NCBI GenBank assembly: GCA_020137815.1
Contig: CM035351.1
Coordinates: 9,362,001-9,426,000 of the forward strand
DNA: 64,000 nt
DNA from: Hormiphora californensis
Lineage: Eukaryota > Animalia > Ctenophora
Direction of reading: 5' to 3'
The notes beneath the pieces were generated by a model, which ran no database searches, had not been told where the DNA came from, and was given only the letters and a program-made list of their open reading frames with translations. A program made the position numbers and the translations under genes. Below, piece by piece: positions 38,193 to 51,400 of this stretch. Numbering within the stretch: position 1 is the first letter of the stretch; each line of letters begins with the position of its first letter.

Positions 38193-41172
38193 TTACAATT
38201 GTCCTATAACGATCGCAGGTAGTAGAGTGCCTGCTGGGACTGTCTCTCTGTCCTCTGATCTAGGTGGGAGAGAGAGGAGGATGTTGGCACTTCTCATGCT
38301 GAGTAATCGGCTGCTACATTGCCCTCCTGTCAGCTCCACCTCACCATTACCACTATACACTGGGAGTTGGGGAATCAGTGTGAGTGATGAGGTGTTACAT
38401 TATTGTCGAGAGATTAGTGCATGTAGGATGCAGACTAACAAATCTAACAAGCCACAACAAAAGTCACCAAACAGATCTGTGATATTTACCTGCCCGGATG
38501 TATTCAGGTCTAGGATCAAGACGTCGTGTTGATGGTAGGGGTAGGTTGATGATGCTCGGGTTATACTGTCTCCCCTCCCAGGTATGTAGTGATGGAAGGA
38601 CAAATAGTTTGTATGTTACCATGGCACTGACTGGATTACCAGGCAACCCAAAGAACAGGCATGATGGTGATGTTGGGTCCCTTGGTATAGTGCCGAATGT
38701 TGTTGGCTTCCCAGGTTTCATGAATACTCTTCCGAAGTGGATCGTTCCATTTAGGCTCAAAATAGAGTTCTTTACGTGATCTGTCTCACCCATTGATACT
38801 CCACCTGCAAACAACTCAGGTAACCATTAGTGATCACTACAAGTAACACCTAGTTACAACTGGTAACAACTAGTAACCACTAGTTAGTTAGGAGGGTCAA
38901 AGTGGGAAAGTTTCTTAGAGATAAGGAGGGTCAAAGTGGGAAAATTTCTTAGAGATTAGGAGAGTCAAAGTGGGAAAATTTCTTAGAGATTAGGAGGGTC
39001 AAAGTGGGAAAGTTTCTTAGAGATAAGATGGGTCATAGTGAGAAGGTTTCTTAGAGATTAGGAGGGTCAAAGTGGGAGAGTTTCTTAGAGATAAGATGGG
39101 TCATAGTGAGAACGTTTCTTAGAGATTAGGTGGGTCAAAGTGGGAAAGTTTCTAAGAGATTAGGAGTGTCAAAGTTAGAAAGTTTCTTAGAGATTAGGAG
39201 GTTCAAAGTGGGAAAGTTTCTTAGAGATAAGGAGGGTCAAAGTGGAAAAGTTTCTTAGAGATAAGGAGGATCAAAGTGGAAAGTTTCTTAGAGATAAGGA
39301 GGGTCAAAGTGGGAAAGTTTCTTAGAGATAAGGAGGGTCAAAGTGGGAAAGTTTCTTAGAGATAATGAGGGTCAAAGTGGGAAAGTTTCTCAGAGATAAG
39401 GAGGGTCAAAGTGGGAAAATTTCTTAGAGATTAGGAGGGTCAAAGTAGTAAAGTTTCTTAGAGATAAGATGGGTCATAGTGAGAAGGTTTCTTAGAGATT
39501 AGGAGGGTCAAAGTGGGAGAGTTTCTTAGAGATAAGATGGGTCATAGTGAGAACGTTTCTTAGAGATTAGGTGGGTCAAAGTGGGAAAGTTTCTAAGAGA
39601 TTAGGAGTGTCAAAGTTAGAAAGTTTCTTAGAGATTAGGAGGTTCAAAGTGGGAAAGTTTCTTAGAGATAAGGAGGGTCAAAGTGGAAAAGTTTCTTAGA
39701 GATAAGGAGGATCAAAGTGGAAAGTTTCTTAGAGATAAGGAGGGTCAAAGTGGGAAAGTTTCTTAGAGATAAGGAGGGTCAAAGTGGGAAAGTTTCTTAG
39801 AGATAATGAGGGTCAAAGTGGGAAAGTTTCTCAGAGATAAGGAGGGTCAAAGTGGGAAAGTTTCTTAGAGATAAAGAGGGTCAAAGTGGGAAAGTTTCTT
39901 AGAGATAAGGAGGGTCAAAGTGGGAAAGTTTCTTAGAGATAAGGAGGGTCAAAGTGGAAAATTTTCTTAGATATTAGGAGCGTCAAAGTGGGAAAGTTTC
40001 TTAGAGATAAGGAGGGTCAAAGTGGGAAAGTTTCTTAGATATTAGGAGCGTCAAAGTGGGAAAGTTTCATAGAGATAAGGAGGGTCAAAGTGGGAAAGTT
40101 TCTTAGAGATAAGGAGGGTCAAAGTGGAAAAGTTTCTTAGAGATAAGGAGGTTCAAAGTGGGAAAGTTTCTTAGAGATAAGGAGGGTCAAAGTGGGAAAG
40201 TTTCTTAGATATTAGGAGGGTCAAAGTGGGAAAGTTTCTTAGAGATAAGGAGGGTCAAAGTGGGAAAGTTTCTTAGAGATAAGGAGGATCAAAGTGGGAA
40301 AGTTTCTTAGAGATAAGGAGGGTCAAAGTGGAAAAGTTTCTTAGAGATAAGGAGGTTCAAAGTGGAAAAGTTTCTTAGAGATAAGGAGTGTCAAAGTGGG
40401 AAAGTTTCTTAGAGATAAAGAGGGTCAAAGTGGGAAAGTTTCTTAGAGATAAGGAGGGTCGAAGTGGGAAAGTTTCTTAGAGATAAGGAGGGTCAAAGTG
40501 GGAAAGTTTCTTAGATATTAGGAGCGTCAAAGTGGGAAAGTTTCTTAGAGATAAGGAGGGTCAAAGTGGGAAAGTTTCTTAGATATTAGGAGCGTCAAAG
40601 AGGGAAAGTTTCTTAGAGATAATGAGGGTCAAAGTGGGAAAGTTTCTTAGAGATAAGGAGGGTCAAAGTGGGAAAGTTTCTTAGAGATAAGGAGGGTCAA
40701 AGTGGGAAATTTCTTAGAGATAAGGAGGGTCAAAGTGGAAAATTTTCTTAGATATTAGGAGCGTCAAAGTGGGAAAGTTTCTTAGAGATAAGGAGGGTCA
40801 AAGTGGGAAAGTTTCTTAGATATTAAGCCAAAAACTAATTGAAATTAGTTGGCGGGAAAGGTGACCCACTTACACCTTTTGCTACTGCCGGGTATCACCG
40901 CGAACTCTCATTCTATCCCTCGGTATCTCAATCTCTCATTTTTCGAGGGTAACTTATTCCTGTTCGTTCTATCCCTCTCTCTCCTCCCTGTCTCTGTCTC
41001 TGTCTCTCTGTCTCTCTCTGTCTCTCTCTGTCTCTCTCTGTCTCTCTCTCTCTCTCTCTCCCCTACTAAAATATAGTTCGACGCGACGCGACGCGCGATC
41101 GATGAACGATCGATAACGATCGTTTATCGATCGTTCATCGATCGCGCGTCGCGTCGAACTATATTTTAGTAG

Positions 41173-41220
<48 letters not shown>

Positions 41221-43365
41221 TCTCACTCTATCACACTCTCTTTCACTACGTCTTATTCCATTATATTCACCTCTTATATCCCTGATCCCGGCAGCAGGCA
41301 AAGGTGTAAGTGGGTCACCTTTCCCGCCAACTAATTTCAATTAGTTTTTGGCTTAATTTAGGTCCCTTTTTGGTTTCTAATCGCAGCATGACATTATTTC
41401 ATGATTTAATATTGTCGAAATGATGCGTTATATGAGAAACAAGACGAATTTCTGTGAAAATCGTATTTTAGACGTCATAATGACGTCATTTGACGTAATT
41501 AGTGACGTCGTAACGACGTAATTGCATCACGATATATTTTTAATCAATACCTCAAAGGAGCTTGTAAAGTTTCATTGACCACAGTGGTCAAGAAAGGGAG
41601 TTTTTGCTCGAAAAACGTTCAATTTGCTGAATTTTTCGTCAAATTTATGACTTCCGACGCGATTTAAGGGCTCAAGATGATAAGCTACGAAAATTCGCAA
41701 TTCGCAATATAGTATCCGAAGTTCAGACGATTTTTTTGCGGTAACGATTTTTCGTCAAATTAAAATTGGAAACACGGTCCTTTCAGGGTGCTAAGGCGTT
41801 TGAAAAAAAGTAGTCGGTCTCCGCGCATGACTTCATTCGTGACTCGTTGCGCGTGTCACAGGTAGATGGAGAGTCCCGCCACCCCAGATGGGTACATGCA
41901 CGAGATAAGGAGGTCAAAGATTTAAGGAGGGTGTGTTCTAAATAGTGGGAAAGTTTCTTCAGGATAAGGAGGTGTCAAGTGGAGTTCTGAAATTCCTTAA
42001 TTCAGGAGTTTTTAGAAAGGTCAAGTGGAGGAAAGGGTTCTTAGATTAGAAGTGAAGCGGTAAAAGGGGAGTTTCTTAGTAAAGCAAAAATGAAATTAGT
42101 TGAAGGCGCTAGCGGGAACCAATTCTTACTCTTATTCAATCAATTTGAGGGTACTTATTTGTTGTTCTATTCCCTCCCTGTCTTCTGCCTGCTTATCGTC
42201 TCTCTCCTCTCTTCCCCTATAAAATATTCGAGAAGGCGTGGGATAACGTGAAACGACTTTAATGTTCATCATCCGTCGCGTCAACTACTTTAGTAGGTCT
42301 CTCTCTCTCTCCTCTCTTCTCTTCTCCCTCCTCCCTCTCCTCTCTTTCACTATCGTCGGATCCGCAAACAGCTTATATCCCGTTGGTCGGAGGCAGCTGT
42401 TGTGAAGTGGGGTCACCTTCCCCAACAAATTAATTATTTTTGTTGTTCTTAAATTAGGCTTTTGGTTTAGCAGCGACGTTATTCAAGACGTTCAATATTG
42501 TTTGAATTGGCGTTATAATGAGAACAGACGAATTCGGGGAAACGTATTTAGGACGTCATAAGTAGATTTTAGTAATAAGTGACGTGCAAGTGAACGATTC
42601 GTAAGAATGATCAGATATTTTTAGATAAAGGTCAAAGGAGTGTAAAGTTTCTAGAAAAGGTAAAGAAAGTTTTGTGAAAGAGTTCAATTTGCGAATTTTC
42701 GAGCAAATTAGTGACTCGAAACGCGTTTTAAGTATCAAGGGTAAGTCGAAAATTCGAATAGTAGTTCGAAAGTAGCGATTTGCAGTAACGATGTCAAAGA
42801 GAAATTGGATACAGTCTCCAGTGGTGTCTAGAGAAAAGAGTGTCGGTTCGAGTTCAAATGGAGTCAAATGTGAAGTCGTAATTAGAGCGTTTCACATGGA
42901 AAGTATAGGCCACAGAGGGTAATGACGAGAAATGTCGTCGAATGGGCGAAGAGTCGTAGAGTACTGGTTGTCTTAAGCCAGGAGGTAAGTCTATACAGAG
43001 ATGAGGTCTAAGCCGTGAATTAAGATAGGTCTGGCAAAGTGGACCCATACATTTTCTCGAGGGGTAAGTGGGCACGAAATTCTAGAAAGGGTCAAAGGAA
43101 AATGCTCTTGAATTAGGAGGTCAAAGGAGAAAGTTCTGTGAAAGAAAAGGAAGGGGAAGAGAAAGAGCGAGAAAGGGAGCAGATTGAAAAGGGAAGGAGA
43201 AGAGGACATACAGAGAGGGATACCGAGGCGAGATACACGGAGAGCAGACGAGCGAGAGGTAGAAGTAGAGGAGATGAATATTACGAGAGATAGAGCCAGT
43301 AGCTAATGATTCGTCTCTTCTCTCTATCTCTCTCGTCTCTCCTCTCTCTCTTCCTACTATTCATC

Positions 43366-43450
<85 letters not shown>

Positions 43451-46400
43451 TCTCTATCACACTCTCTTTCACTGTCTTATTCCATTATATTCACCATTTA
43501 TATCCCTGATCCCGGCAGCAGGCAAAGGTGTAAGTGGGTCACCTTTCCCGCCAACTAATTTCAATTAGTTTTTGGCTTAATTTAGGTCCCTTTTTGGTTT
43601 CTAATCGCAGCATGACATTATTTCATGATGTAATATTGTCGAAATGATGCGTTATATGAGAAACGAGACGAATTTCTGTGAAAATCGTATTTTAGACGTC
43701 ATAATGACGTCATTTGACGTAATTAGTGACGTCGTAACGACGTAATTGCATCACGATATATTTTTAATCAATACCCCAAAGGAGCTTGTAAAGTTTCATT
43801 GGCCACAGTGGTCAGGAAAAGGAGTTTTTGCTCGAAAAACGTTCAATTTGCTGAATTTTTCGTCAAATTTTTGACTTCCGACGCGATTTAAGGGCTCAAA
43901 ATGATAAGCTACGAAAATTCGCTATATAGTATCTGAAAGTTCAGACGATTTGCCGGTAACGAATTTTCGTCAAATCAGAAATCGGAAAACGTCTTTAGGG
44001 TGCTAGAGGCGTTTGAAAAAATGTGGTCGGTCTCGCGCAATGACGTCACTCGTGACGTCATTGCGCGCGTCATAGGTAAGATGGAGAGTCGCCACCCAGA
44101 TGGGTACATGCACGAGACAATTGTCTGTCGAATGCCGCTTGGTTTAAGGTCGTACGATCTCTGGTTCGTCTCAAACTGGGACCAAACGGAAGGTAACAAA
44201 GCGTCTATCCATGTATATATATATGTATCAACCTAGTTATCCCCACACTGAATTTTCTGTTTTGGGGGTGGTGTTATAACTTTTGAACAAAAAGAGCTAG
44301 CCACTTGAAATTTTTACCATCGATAGAGATCTACAAGAAGCTTCTAAGTACAAAATTTCAGCTTCCTAGCTCTTCCGGTTCGGGAGTTATGGCATGTCAA
44401 AAAGTGCCAAAATGGGCTAAAAGTATGAAATAACTATATATACGCTGTGAGCAAGCGGGCCGTTTTTGGGGGAAATTTTTTTCGGGAGATGGATGGGGTC
44501 ACCTTTGCGCTTGCCAGCGCAGTGATGTATATATCAACCTAGTTATCCCCACACTGAATTTTCTGTTTTGGGGGTGGTGTTATAACTTTTGAACAAAAAG
44601 AGCTAGCCACTTGAAATTTTTACCATCGATAGAGGTCTACAAGAAGCTTCTAAGTACAAAATTTCAGCTTCCTAGCTCTTCCGGTTCGGGAGTTATGGCA
44701 TGTCAAAAAGTGCCAAAATGGGCTAAAAGTATGAAATAACTATATATACGCTGTGAGCAAGCGGGCCGTTTTTGGGGGAAATTTTTTTCGGGGGATGGAT
44801 GGGGTCACCTTTGCGCTTGCCAGCGCAGTGATTAGGAGCGTCAAAGTGGGAAAGTTTCATAGAGATAAGGAGGGTCAAAGTGGGAAAGTTTCTTAGATAT
44901 TAGGAGCGTCAAAGTGGAAAAGTTTCTTAGAGATAAGGAGGTTCAAAGTGGGAAAGTTTCTTAGAGATAAGGAGGGTCAAAGTGGGAAAGTTTCTTAGAG
45001 ATAAGGAGGATCAAAGTGGGAAAGTTTCTTAGAGATAAGGAGGGTCAAAGTGGAAAAGTTTCTTAGAGATAAGGAGGTTCAAAGTGGGAAAGTTTCCTAG
45101 AGATAAGGAGGGTCAAAGTGGGACAGTTTCTTAGAGATAAGGAGGGTCAAAGTGGGAAAGTTTCTCAGAGATAAGGAGGGTCAAAGTGGAAAAGTTTCTT
45201 AGAGATAAGGAGGTTCAAAGTGGGAAAGTTTCTTAGAGATAAGGAAGGTCAAAGTGGAAAAGTTTCTTAGAGATAAGGAGGGTCAAAGTGGGAAAGTTTC
45301 TTAGAGATAAGGAGGGTCAAAGTGGAAAAGTTTCTTAGAGATAAGGAGGGTCAAAGTGGGAAAGTTGGGTAGACATAAGGAGGGTCAAAGTGGGAAAGTT
45401 TCTTAGAGATAAGGAAGATCAAAGTGGGTAAGTTTCTTAGAGATAAGGAGGGTCAAAGTGGGAAAGTTTCTTAGAGATAAGGAGGTTCAAAGTGGGAAAG
45501 TTTCTTAGAGATAAGGAGGGTCAAAGTGGGAAAGTTTCTTAGAGATAAGGAGGGTCAAAGTGGGAAAGTTTCTTAGAGATAAGGAGGGTCAAAGTGGAAA
45601 AGTTTCTTAGAGATAAGGAGGTTCAAAGTGGGAAAGTTTCTTAGAGATAAGGAGGGTCAAAGTGGGAAAGTTTCTTAGAGATAAGGAGCGTCAAAGTGGG
45701 AAAGTTTCTTTGAGATAAGGAGGGTCAAAGTGGGAAATTTTCTTAGAGATAAGGAGGGTCAAAGTGGGAAAGTTTCTTAGAGATAAGGAGGGTCAAAGTG
45801 GGAAAGTTTCTTAGATATTAGGAGCGTCAAAGTGGGAAAGTTTCTTAGAGATAAGGAGGGTCAAAGTGGGAAAGTTTCTTAGATATTAGGAGGGTCAAAG
45901 TGGGAAAGTTTCTTAGAGATAAGGAGGGTCAAAGTGGGAAAGTTTCTTAGAGATAAGGAGGGTCAAAGTGGGAAAGTTTCTTTGAGATAAGAGGATCAAA
46001 GTGGGAAAGTTTCTTAGAGATAAGGAGGGTCAAAGTGGGAAAGTTTCTTAGAGATAAGGAGGGTCAAAGTGGGAAAGTTTCTTAGAGATAAGGAGGGTCA
46101 AAGTGGGAAAGTTTATTAGAGATAAGGAGGGTCAAAGTGGGAAAGTTTCTTAGAGATAAGGAGTAGTTATCACACTACCCACCAGTTGATATGATGACAT
46201 CTGCAACAAGACTAGCACCATCTAGCTCATGCTCTGTATCAGCAGGTGTATCAGGTAGGTGTTCCACGTGTACCACATTGTATCCATCCTCAGCCAGCAG
46301 GTTGGATAATGCACACGTGTTACTATCACGTACCTATATAGGACTGAATAAATAAATGAATTGCCTGAGGGGATTTTGAAACCCCAGGAAATAATTATTA

Positions 46401-48204
46401 TCTGTTTACCTGTCCGTATGTTAGTGTCTGTTTAGGATCTGATACCAGCTCGTTACCAGTACTCAGTATTGCTACACGTGGTTTCCTCCTCACCAGCACC
46501 TCCCCATACCCCTGACAAGAGAGGAGGGCTAACTCAGCAGCATTTAACACAGTCCCAGCTCTGATCAACTCTTCTCCTACACTGATATCAGATCCAACAG
46601 GTCTAATATCAGTACCTGAGGGGTGGTGATGTTAGATTTGATATGATCACCCACTAGAGTGATACAATCTATCGATAATAACACCATATATACGGTATAT
46701 ATACCTGGTGTTACAGCTGATAGTATCTCAATAAGGGCCTCCTCCCCCTCCTTAGTGCTCTCAGCTAGCCGTGTATCCTCTACCTGTACCACTGCATCAG
46801 CACCATGTGGAACTGGGGCTCCTACATGATAGTAGTGGGGGTAACAGTTAGAGGTTTGTGTAGGAGTTTGAATACTCATCATACCGCTAGGTCCTAAGGA
46901 TTACTGAACTGAAAACCAATAACTGTTCCAACTGTTCTTTACACCCACTAATAGTTCTACCTGTAGTGACTCTGTAGATGGTGCCAGGTTGAAGGGCTGC
47001 AGGGACTGTCTCCCCAGTTGCAGATACCCCACTAACTCTGTATATACCAGGACCATCCGCAGAACACACCGCGTACCTGTTTAGTGGGTTAGTGGGTTAG
47101 TTTTGGTGTGTGTAAAGGTGTCATATTGTGTTAGTGTTGGAGAGGTTGAGTTTGAATTGTGGGCCAAGTATCACCCTTGAAACTATCATTTAGGGACTTT
47201 TCAAATCTAACGCTTACCCATCCTTGATGCTTGCACGGTAGTTTGGCAGGTTTTCCTTAGCAATGATAGATTCTGCAGTAACAGAGCCCCTGGCCTCCCC
47301 ACTCTGTACGGATAGTGACACAGTACCAGATGTCTGGCTTGCTAGTCGTGTTTGCTCCTTTATTGTAGAAACAGCCTCCTCGACAGATACCATGGGATAG
47401 GGTGACTGTCGGTCCCTGAATGCTACACCTCTCCTGCTTTTATCACCACTGTGGTTACCATGGTTACCACTATGGTTACCATGGTTACCACTCTTGTGAG
47501 GGCACACATGGTGATGCTTGTTACCACCAGCGTGGTGTGCTGATACAGCGGGTATGTTGTCACTGATCAGATCCAGGATGTGCTTTAGGACTGGCTCTAT
47601 TACATCTAGATTCTCTTTAACAGCTTTCTTACTGCCAGGTAAACAGATAACCAGACAACGCCCCTTTACACCTACACGAAATAGTAGGCTTTATTTGGCT
47701 TAGTTTAGAAAAGTATTGAAGTACATAATTATGATAATGGACAAGAGCACGACGTACCTACTAGTGGGTTAGACAGCATAGCAAATGGTGAGTGTTGGAT
47801 GCACTTTGCTACTATAGCACTCATCACCCCTGTAGCTTGGTAGTCTAGTAATGGAGCTAGTGTCCTGACTGTAACATCTCGTGGTGCCAAACCAGTTCCA
47901 CCCGTACTGATAAACAATCCTGGGCCACCTTCCTACAGGGTGTTATATTAGTAGAAAACAGGGTATTATATCTCATTCATTTCGTGTGCTAAAATATTAC
48001 ACATTGTGTTCGTACCATGTTAGTAGCGCGTACAACTTCATCAAAATGTGTCATGATCTCCAAACGATCATCTGGGCAGGTTGCCAGGGAAGTGAGACAC
48101 TCTGGGTTCCATTGTAGGAGTCTAGTGGAGATATAGGGCCCAGAGGTGTCTTCTGCCTGACCCCTAGAGACCCTGTCACTGACAGTCAGGATCTTAACCA
48201 ACAT
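38193..48204 (-). CDS. GPHN: Gephyrin (MogA G-domain + MoeA E-domain), multi-exon, with a ~7.4-kb repeat-filled intron
   Basis: ILTVSDR...EDTSG, STGGTGLAPRDVT, CFPGSKKAVKE, R.SPYPM, NLP.YRASIKDG, GADAVVQVEDT and MKPGKPTTF. Confidence 0.9.
40824..44832 (+). mobile_element. Helentron/DINE-1-like non-autonomous rolling-circle element (partly duplicated; middle part garbled)
   Basis: Inserted at a T|T in the satellite without a clear TSD. Has subTIR aaaggtgaccc / gggtcaccttt, 3' hairpin tgcgct-tgcc-agcgca, an inverted copy of the 5' end around (CT)n, and a ~300-bp tandemly duplicated 3' end. Confidence 0.65.
41061..41174. mobile_element. 114-bp CpG-rich palindromic MITE (CCCTAC...GTAGGG) inserted in a (CT)n microsatellite
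   Basis: Near-perfect hairpin flanked by TC/TC. Confidence 0.75.
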
Positions 48205-48494
48205 GATAGAGCTATTATAGGGTGGTGATTAGTTGGTAGCATAGGAGGCAAGGGCTCCCGTGCTATTTGCAGGAGGGGTTGCAGGCTAGGATTAAGAAAG
48301 ACACGAGTTATAATTATTATTAGACCATTTTAACCAGTCATCTAATCATATAATAGTGTGTGGGATAACAGAATAAATATCACATATTACATTATAATGT
48401 ATTATGATCTCATGAAATAATAAAAAGGTAAAAAGAACTTCGTAAAAATACACCACTCCAGCTAGGAGAGGGGGCACCACCACTCCACACTTCT

Positions 48495-51400
48495 TCACCA
48501 GGAGACCTCTCCGAATCGTGCCACTAGGTTATCCTGGGTCTGCAGATCCTTCTGTACCTTCATTCTCATGTAGAAGATGGGGCAATCCCTGCTGGTACAT
48601 AGAACCTCCTCGTGGAGACTACCCTGGCATCTTTGGCACTGGGTCCACAACCTGCAGGATAGTTGAATTGTTCATACGTGTAACACACAATGGTATACGG
48701 GTTTGGAGTTGCAATAACAGTCCGTAGACAAAGATAGGATAACAAACTCTTGTTTCCTTACTTGTTGAACTTTTCCTCCAGCGAGTAAAGTGTAGATATC
48801 TCTTTCTGATAGATATCGGATGCCTTTGACTTGCAGTTATCACACACCGCGGATCCTAAACAACAGGGGATCAGTGGTCCAAAATACAATTGATTTCCAA
48901 TGTTGAGTGATAATATTACCTTCTCGTTTCAGAACAGCTTTGCACCCAACACACGTTGCTTTCTTCTTGGTAAATGCAGATAGAGCCCCTACAGAGCTGT
49001 GCACTACACTACACACTCTGGTGTGTTCACCTGGGGAAGGAGGGGACTGTTAATTGGGGGGGGGGGGGTTAGAATACCAACAAAATAATGAGTGTGTTGG
49101 AATAATTCTGAATAGAAGTTTACATCAGACTCAAATAGCATGACTGTGTGTGTGTTTAATCTAACAGGGCCCTACACGGGTAATTAGCATCATTCCTCTA
49201 AGTGCATCAGGAGCCCCCTTCTGTTACCCCCACCACCCTCAAAATAGAGAGGCATCATTTACAAGTGCAGTTTATATATTGACATGCACCAGTACACATT
49301 ATATATTTCCCTGCAATAAACCCTTACTCACTGCCTTTGTAGTTCTAGAAGTATTTAGGAAGGTGCCCTAACCACACATTACTTGATTAGTTCACGCCCT
49401 AGTAACCATGGTAACCGCCTTGTTTTAATATTTATTATACAACCCTTGATATTATCATCCCCATATTGACAGTGTGTTGTGTATTACCTTTACAGTGTGT
49501 TGTGTATTACCTTTAAGTAGAGTGCTCTCCGCCTTCTCCCCCAGTATCGGCTCAAAGATTCTCAACAGGGGCTTACTAAGCTGGTTGCTCAGATAGTACA
49601 CAGTGTCAATAGGCAGGTTGTTCTCTAGCACATACAGAGGATCCTCCGACTTCATGTAGGTCGGATCCTTCTTAGCTCCAGTAACAATGACATAGGGGAC
49701 CCGATCACCTAGTTTAGGAGCACTCCCCGGATCTCTCTTCTTCATTTTATCAGCCAAGATGGTATGGCATTGTTTGTTAGCGTAGTCATCCCCTGTCTTA
49801 GTGAGCTCCTTGGTGATAATCAGTTGGGAGATGTCAATCCTGTTGCAGAGCAGGTCGCTAATTACTGATTTGGTGTAATTAACTGCAGCAGTTGGGTTCC
49901 TCTCAATCAGCAGCTTCTCCAGACAAGTACTGATGAGATCAGAGGCAAGGCGGCAGTTGTCCCTCCTGACTGTTTCTATTCCTTTACAGTCCATCTTATC
50001 GTGTTTATCAGGGGACGAGGAGAAGTAGAGGCCTGCATATCTCTTCTTATTGATCAACAGATAAGGGAAGTATACCTTCTCAAACTCTAACTTTACGGGA
50101 CTAGGGAACTTCTCAGAGATGGATTTAGCTGCCAGCTCACCCATCTTCATTGCCTCTGCCACTGAGTCAACATTGAACTTTACCATGACTGAATCAGTAT
50201 CACCGTATATAACTTTAGCATCAGATTGGAATCCATTCTCTTTGTTGTAGTTAGACTCAACCAGCTGCTTAGTTCGCTCTATCATCTCTCTCCCATAGGC
50301 AGTCACTGATTTGGAGATCTGGAGGCAGGGTAGTTTCCCTACACTAGCACCAGTGAACCCATACACAGAGTTACAAGAGATCTTCAGAGCCAACTGACGT
50401 CCATCCAGGACCTGTTTCTTGAACGGATCAGTCTCCTGGGCTAGCTCTCTCTTAGCCTTCTTCCTTGCCCCTAGCAGGTCACTTAGAATCTCCGGAAGGA
50501 CTCCATGACGTGTCTCTGACTTTACAAAGTAGTCTCCAGAGGGGGTCTGGACATACTGGGCAGGATCCAGCTTGTTCCTCTCCTCTGGGGTCAGGAGGGT
50601 AGAGTAACAAAGGTTGTGAGCCTGCATGATGGAGGGGTAGAGGGATGCGAAATCTAGTGTTGCTATGGGGGTGTCATAGTAACCCCTGATAGGCTCAATA
50701 ACAGTTGCTCCTTCATACATATCAGCAGCAGTGTTGGACTGGTATACGGGTATTATGAGATCTTGCTCCTTACACTTCCTGAGTAGCTGTGAGAACACCT
50801 TGACCTGTTGACCCCGTGTCATTAGATAGGAGATGGGAACACCCGTTACACGAGCCATCTCCATATAGTTGATAAGGCACATCAGCTTGTTCAGTAGTCG
50901 GAGTGGCAGGAGAGCATCCTTCATACAGTACACAGCAAGCCTCCTTCTAGTTACCTCGTTACCGTTCTGTAGATCTGTAATGATGCTGTGGTGAACATCT
51001 TCCTTCTGTTCTAACAGGAAGTGGTAGGAAACTGCATTCAGGGAGTAGGATCTGAGTTTGTAGTTACGGAGCAGAATAGGGAGGAGATCAAATTGTACCC
51101 GCCCCTCAATGTTCATCACTTTGTTAGATCTCTTACCATAAGCTTTACTCTCAAATATCCGCTCCTTCACCATAGTTCTCTCTTTGGGTATCCTACCCAG
51201 GTATGGGAATGTCCCAACCTTAAGGGCCTCAGCCCTCTCAATCAGATATGGTACATCAAAGTTGTTGATGTTATAACCAGTTAGGATATCAGGATCTACC
51301 TCCCTAACAAAGTCAGACCAGGCTCTCAGCAACTCTTTCTCTGTTTCGAAACTCCTCACATCAGCACCCACAATGGGAGAACAGGTGTTTAGTACGAACA

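Larger units (their letters stand above)
38889..46163. repeat. 34-bp satellite arrays (38889-40823 and 44833-46163) in the gephyrin intron, interrupted by a mobile element
   Basis: Same unit as 33485-34291, with some higher-order variant blocks. Confidence 0.97.

Noticed and set aside
42130-42155. aatttgag-ggt resembling a spliced-leader exon end
   Set aside because: It lies in the garbled segment and corresponds to tttttcgagggtaac of the clean element copy; no SL RNA gene was identified in the window.
41700-43370. Apparently novel degenerate repeat region with small ORFs
   Set aside because: It is an indel-riddled copy of the neighbouring satellite plus element sequence, consistent with unpolished low-quality read sequence.
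1689-49010. Frameshifts in TSG101, TMEM9, ZFAND1, NAPA, TRAPPC9, INTS9, CBR1 copy A and POLD1 exon 2 as pseudogenisation or programmed frameshifting
   Set aside because: Scattered single-base indels in many essential genes with otherwise intact motifs and no shared slippery signal; long-read consensus error is the simplest explanation.
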